DNA of 46,598 nt from a virus (Duplodnaviria > Caudoviricetes): the IMG/VR virus record IMGVR_UViG_3300000932_000036, positions 1 through 46,598 of that record; one strand, written 5' to 3'. Of the stretch, positions 45,892-46,598 are shown one piece after another. The notes under the pieces are model-generated. The model saw nothing but the letters and a program-made list of their open reading frames with translations, did no database searches and was not told the DNA's origin. The position numbers and the translations under genes are program-made. Each line of letters begins with the position of its first letter. Position 1 is the first letter of the stretch.

Positions 45892-46004
45892 AGGTTTTGG
45901 CTGGTTAGTTAGGGTATGACTGCTGCGCTCCCTGCCGGCACAGAAGCGCAGCAGTCTCCCAAATACATCTGTGATTATGCGGTAGAACTTGCCCGGCAAT
46001 GTTT

Positions 46005-46598
46005 TCATAGGAGGTTCTTTTGGAAGGCAAAGCGCACAAGCTCCGCCTTATTTTTGGCCCCTGTTTTTTCTCTCAGATTTTTCATGTACACCCCGACAGT
46101 AAGGGAAGAAATGCCCAGCTGATCCGCTATCTCCTTGTCAAGCAGCCCCTCCGGAATCAGCCGGAGCACTTCAATTTCCCTGTGGGTGAGCGTCCCGAAG
46201 GGCGCTTTAAGCAACTCGCACAACCGCCCCTCATAGGGACAGCTTCCTCTCAAGTTGCAGTCTGTGAACTCCGGCCGCTGAAGCTGACCATCGATCACAT
46301 CTGCTTCATTATCCAGTGCCGAATACCGGCACTTAACATATTGTTCGATCATCTCCATGCGTCCGACGATGTCAGCTTCTACCAATGCCTCGACGGCTTT
46401 GGGATGCTTTTCCATGTCGCGCTCTATCGCATCGATGAGCCATTGCGGCCAGTCGCTCAAAGGCAACAGTTGGGATTGCGTCAATGCGAATACCTGATCA
46501 TCTTTGGCCATGAATTCGACGTTTTCATCACTGATTCCGGCAGGTAATTTCCCGCTGACGCAATGCTTCATTGCGTCAATGAATGACTTATTTGGCAT
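46005..46598 (-). CDS. Phage LuxR-family HTH regulator
   Basis: C-terminal LTHREIEVLRLI..GLLDKEIADQLGISSLTVGVYMKNLREKTG, preceded by a Cys cluster (CNLRGSCPYEGRLC). Confidence 0.88.
   Translation of the reverse strand: MPNKSFIDAMKHCVSGKLPAGISDENVEFMAKDDQVFALTQSQLLPLSDWPQWLIDAIERDMEKHPKAVEALVEADIVGRMEMIEQYVKCRYSALDNEADVIDGQLQRPEFTDCNLRGSCPYEGRLCELLKAPFGTLTHREIEVLRLIPEGLLDKEIADQLGISSLTVGVYMKNLREKTGAKNKAELVRFAFQKNLL

Larger units (their letters stand above)
1157..46598. mobile_element. Temperate siphovirus-like prophage integrated at tRNA-Leu, right end outside the window
   Basis: Tyrosine integrase next to a tRNA, plus tape measure, terminase, portal, capsid, S49 protease, lysis and primase-helicase genes. 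No sheath gene recognised and no second copy of the tRNA 3' end found. Confidence 0.93.

Noticed and set aside
6257-46547. Many long antisense ORFs (for example 6839-7831, 27502-28305, 29507-30187, 36709-37572, 46020-46547)
   Set aside because: Shadow frames opposite well-supported genes, with no motifs.

Overview
The window begins with about 1.2 kb of Bacteroidetes host sequence, judged from a TAnnTTTG promoter: a PAS-LuxR regulator, tRNA-Gly(GCC) and tRNA-Leu(TAA). The rest is a temperate siphovirus-like prophage integrated at the 3' end of tRNA-Leu and cut off at the right edge; no attR or repressor is visible. On the minus strand the order is LuxR-type regulator, small early genes, primase-helicase, an iteron-like TGTAACC array, S49 protease, major capsid, tube-like protein, a Stealth-like phosphotransferase, a PLD-like protein, terminase, portal and neck genes, tape measure, tail, lysis cassette and an Mtd_N-type fibre. 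Accessory inserts include a Type IIG/ISP-like restriction-modification enzyme with an AT-rich specificity segment, several AT-rich morons, and an ArdC-like cassette flanked by highly structured DNA. The main unexplained signals are: (1) a Stealth-like enzyme directly after capsid and tube genes that both end in a shared GSSGxGGI tag, suggesting a virion phospho-glycosylation system; (2) a c4/CI-like antisense RNA switch with two target copies; (3) five exactly spaced GTCCTTTC-N19-(-7 box) late-promoter motifs; and (4) the structured ArdC module. All family assignments come from motif recognition by eye, and no searches were run.
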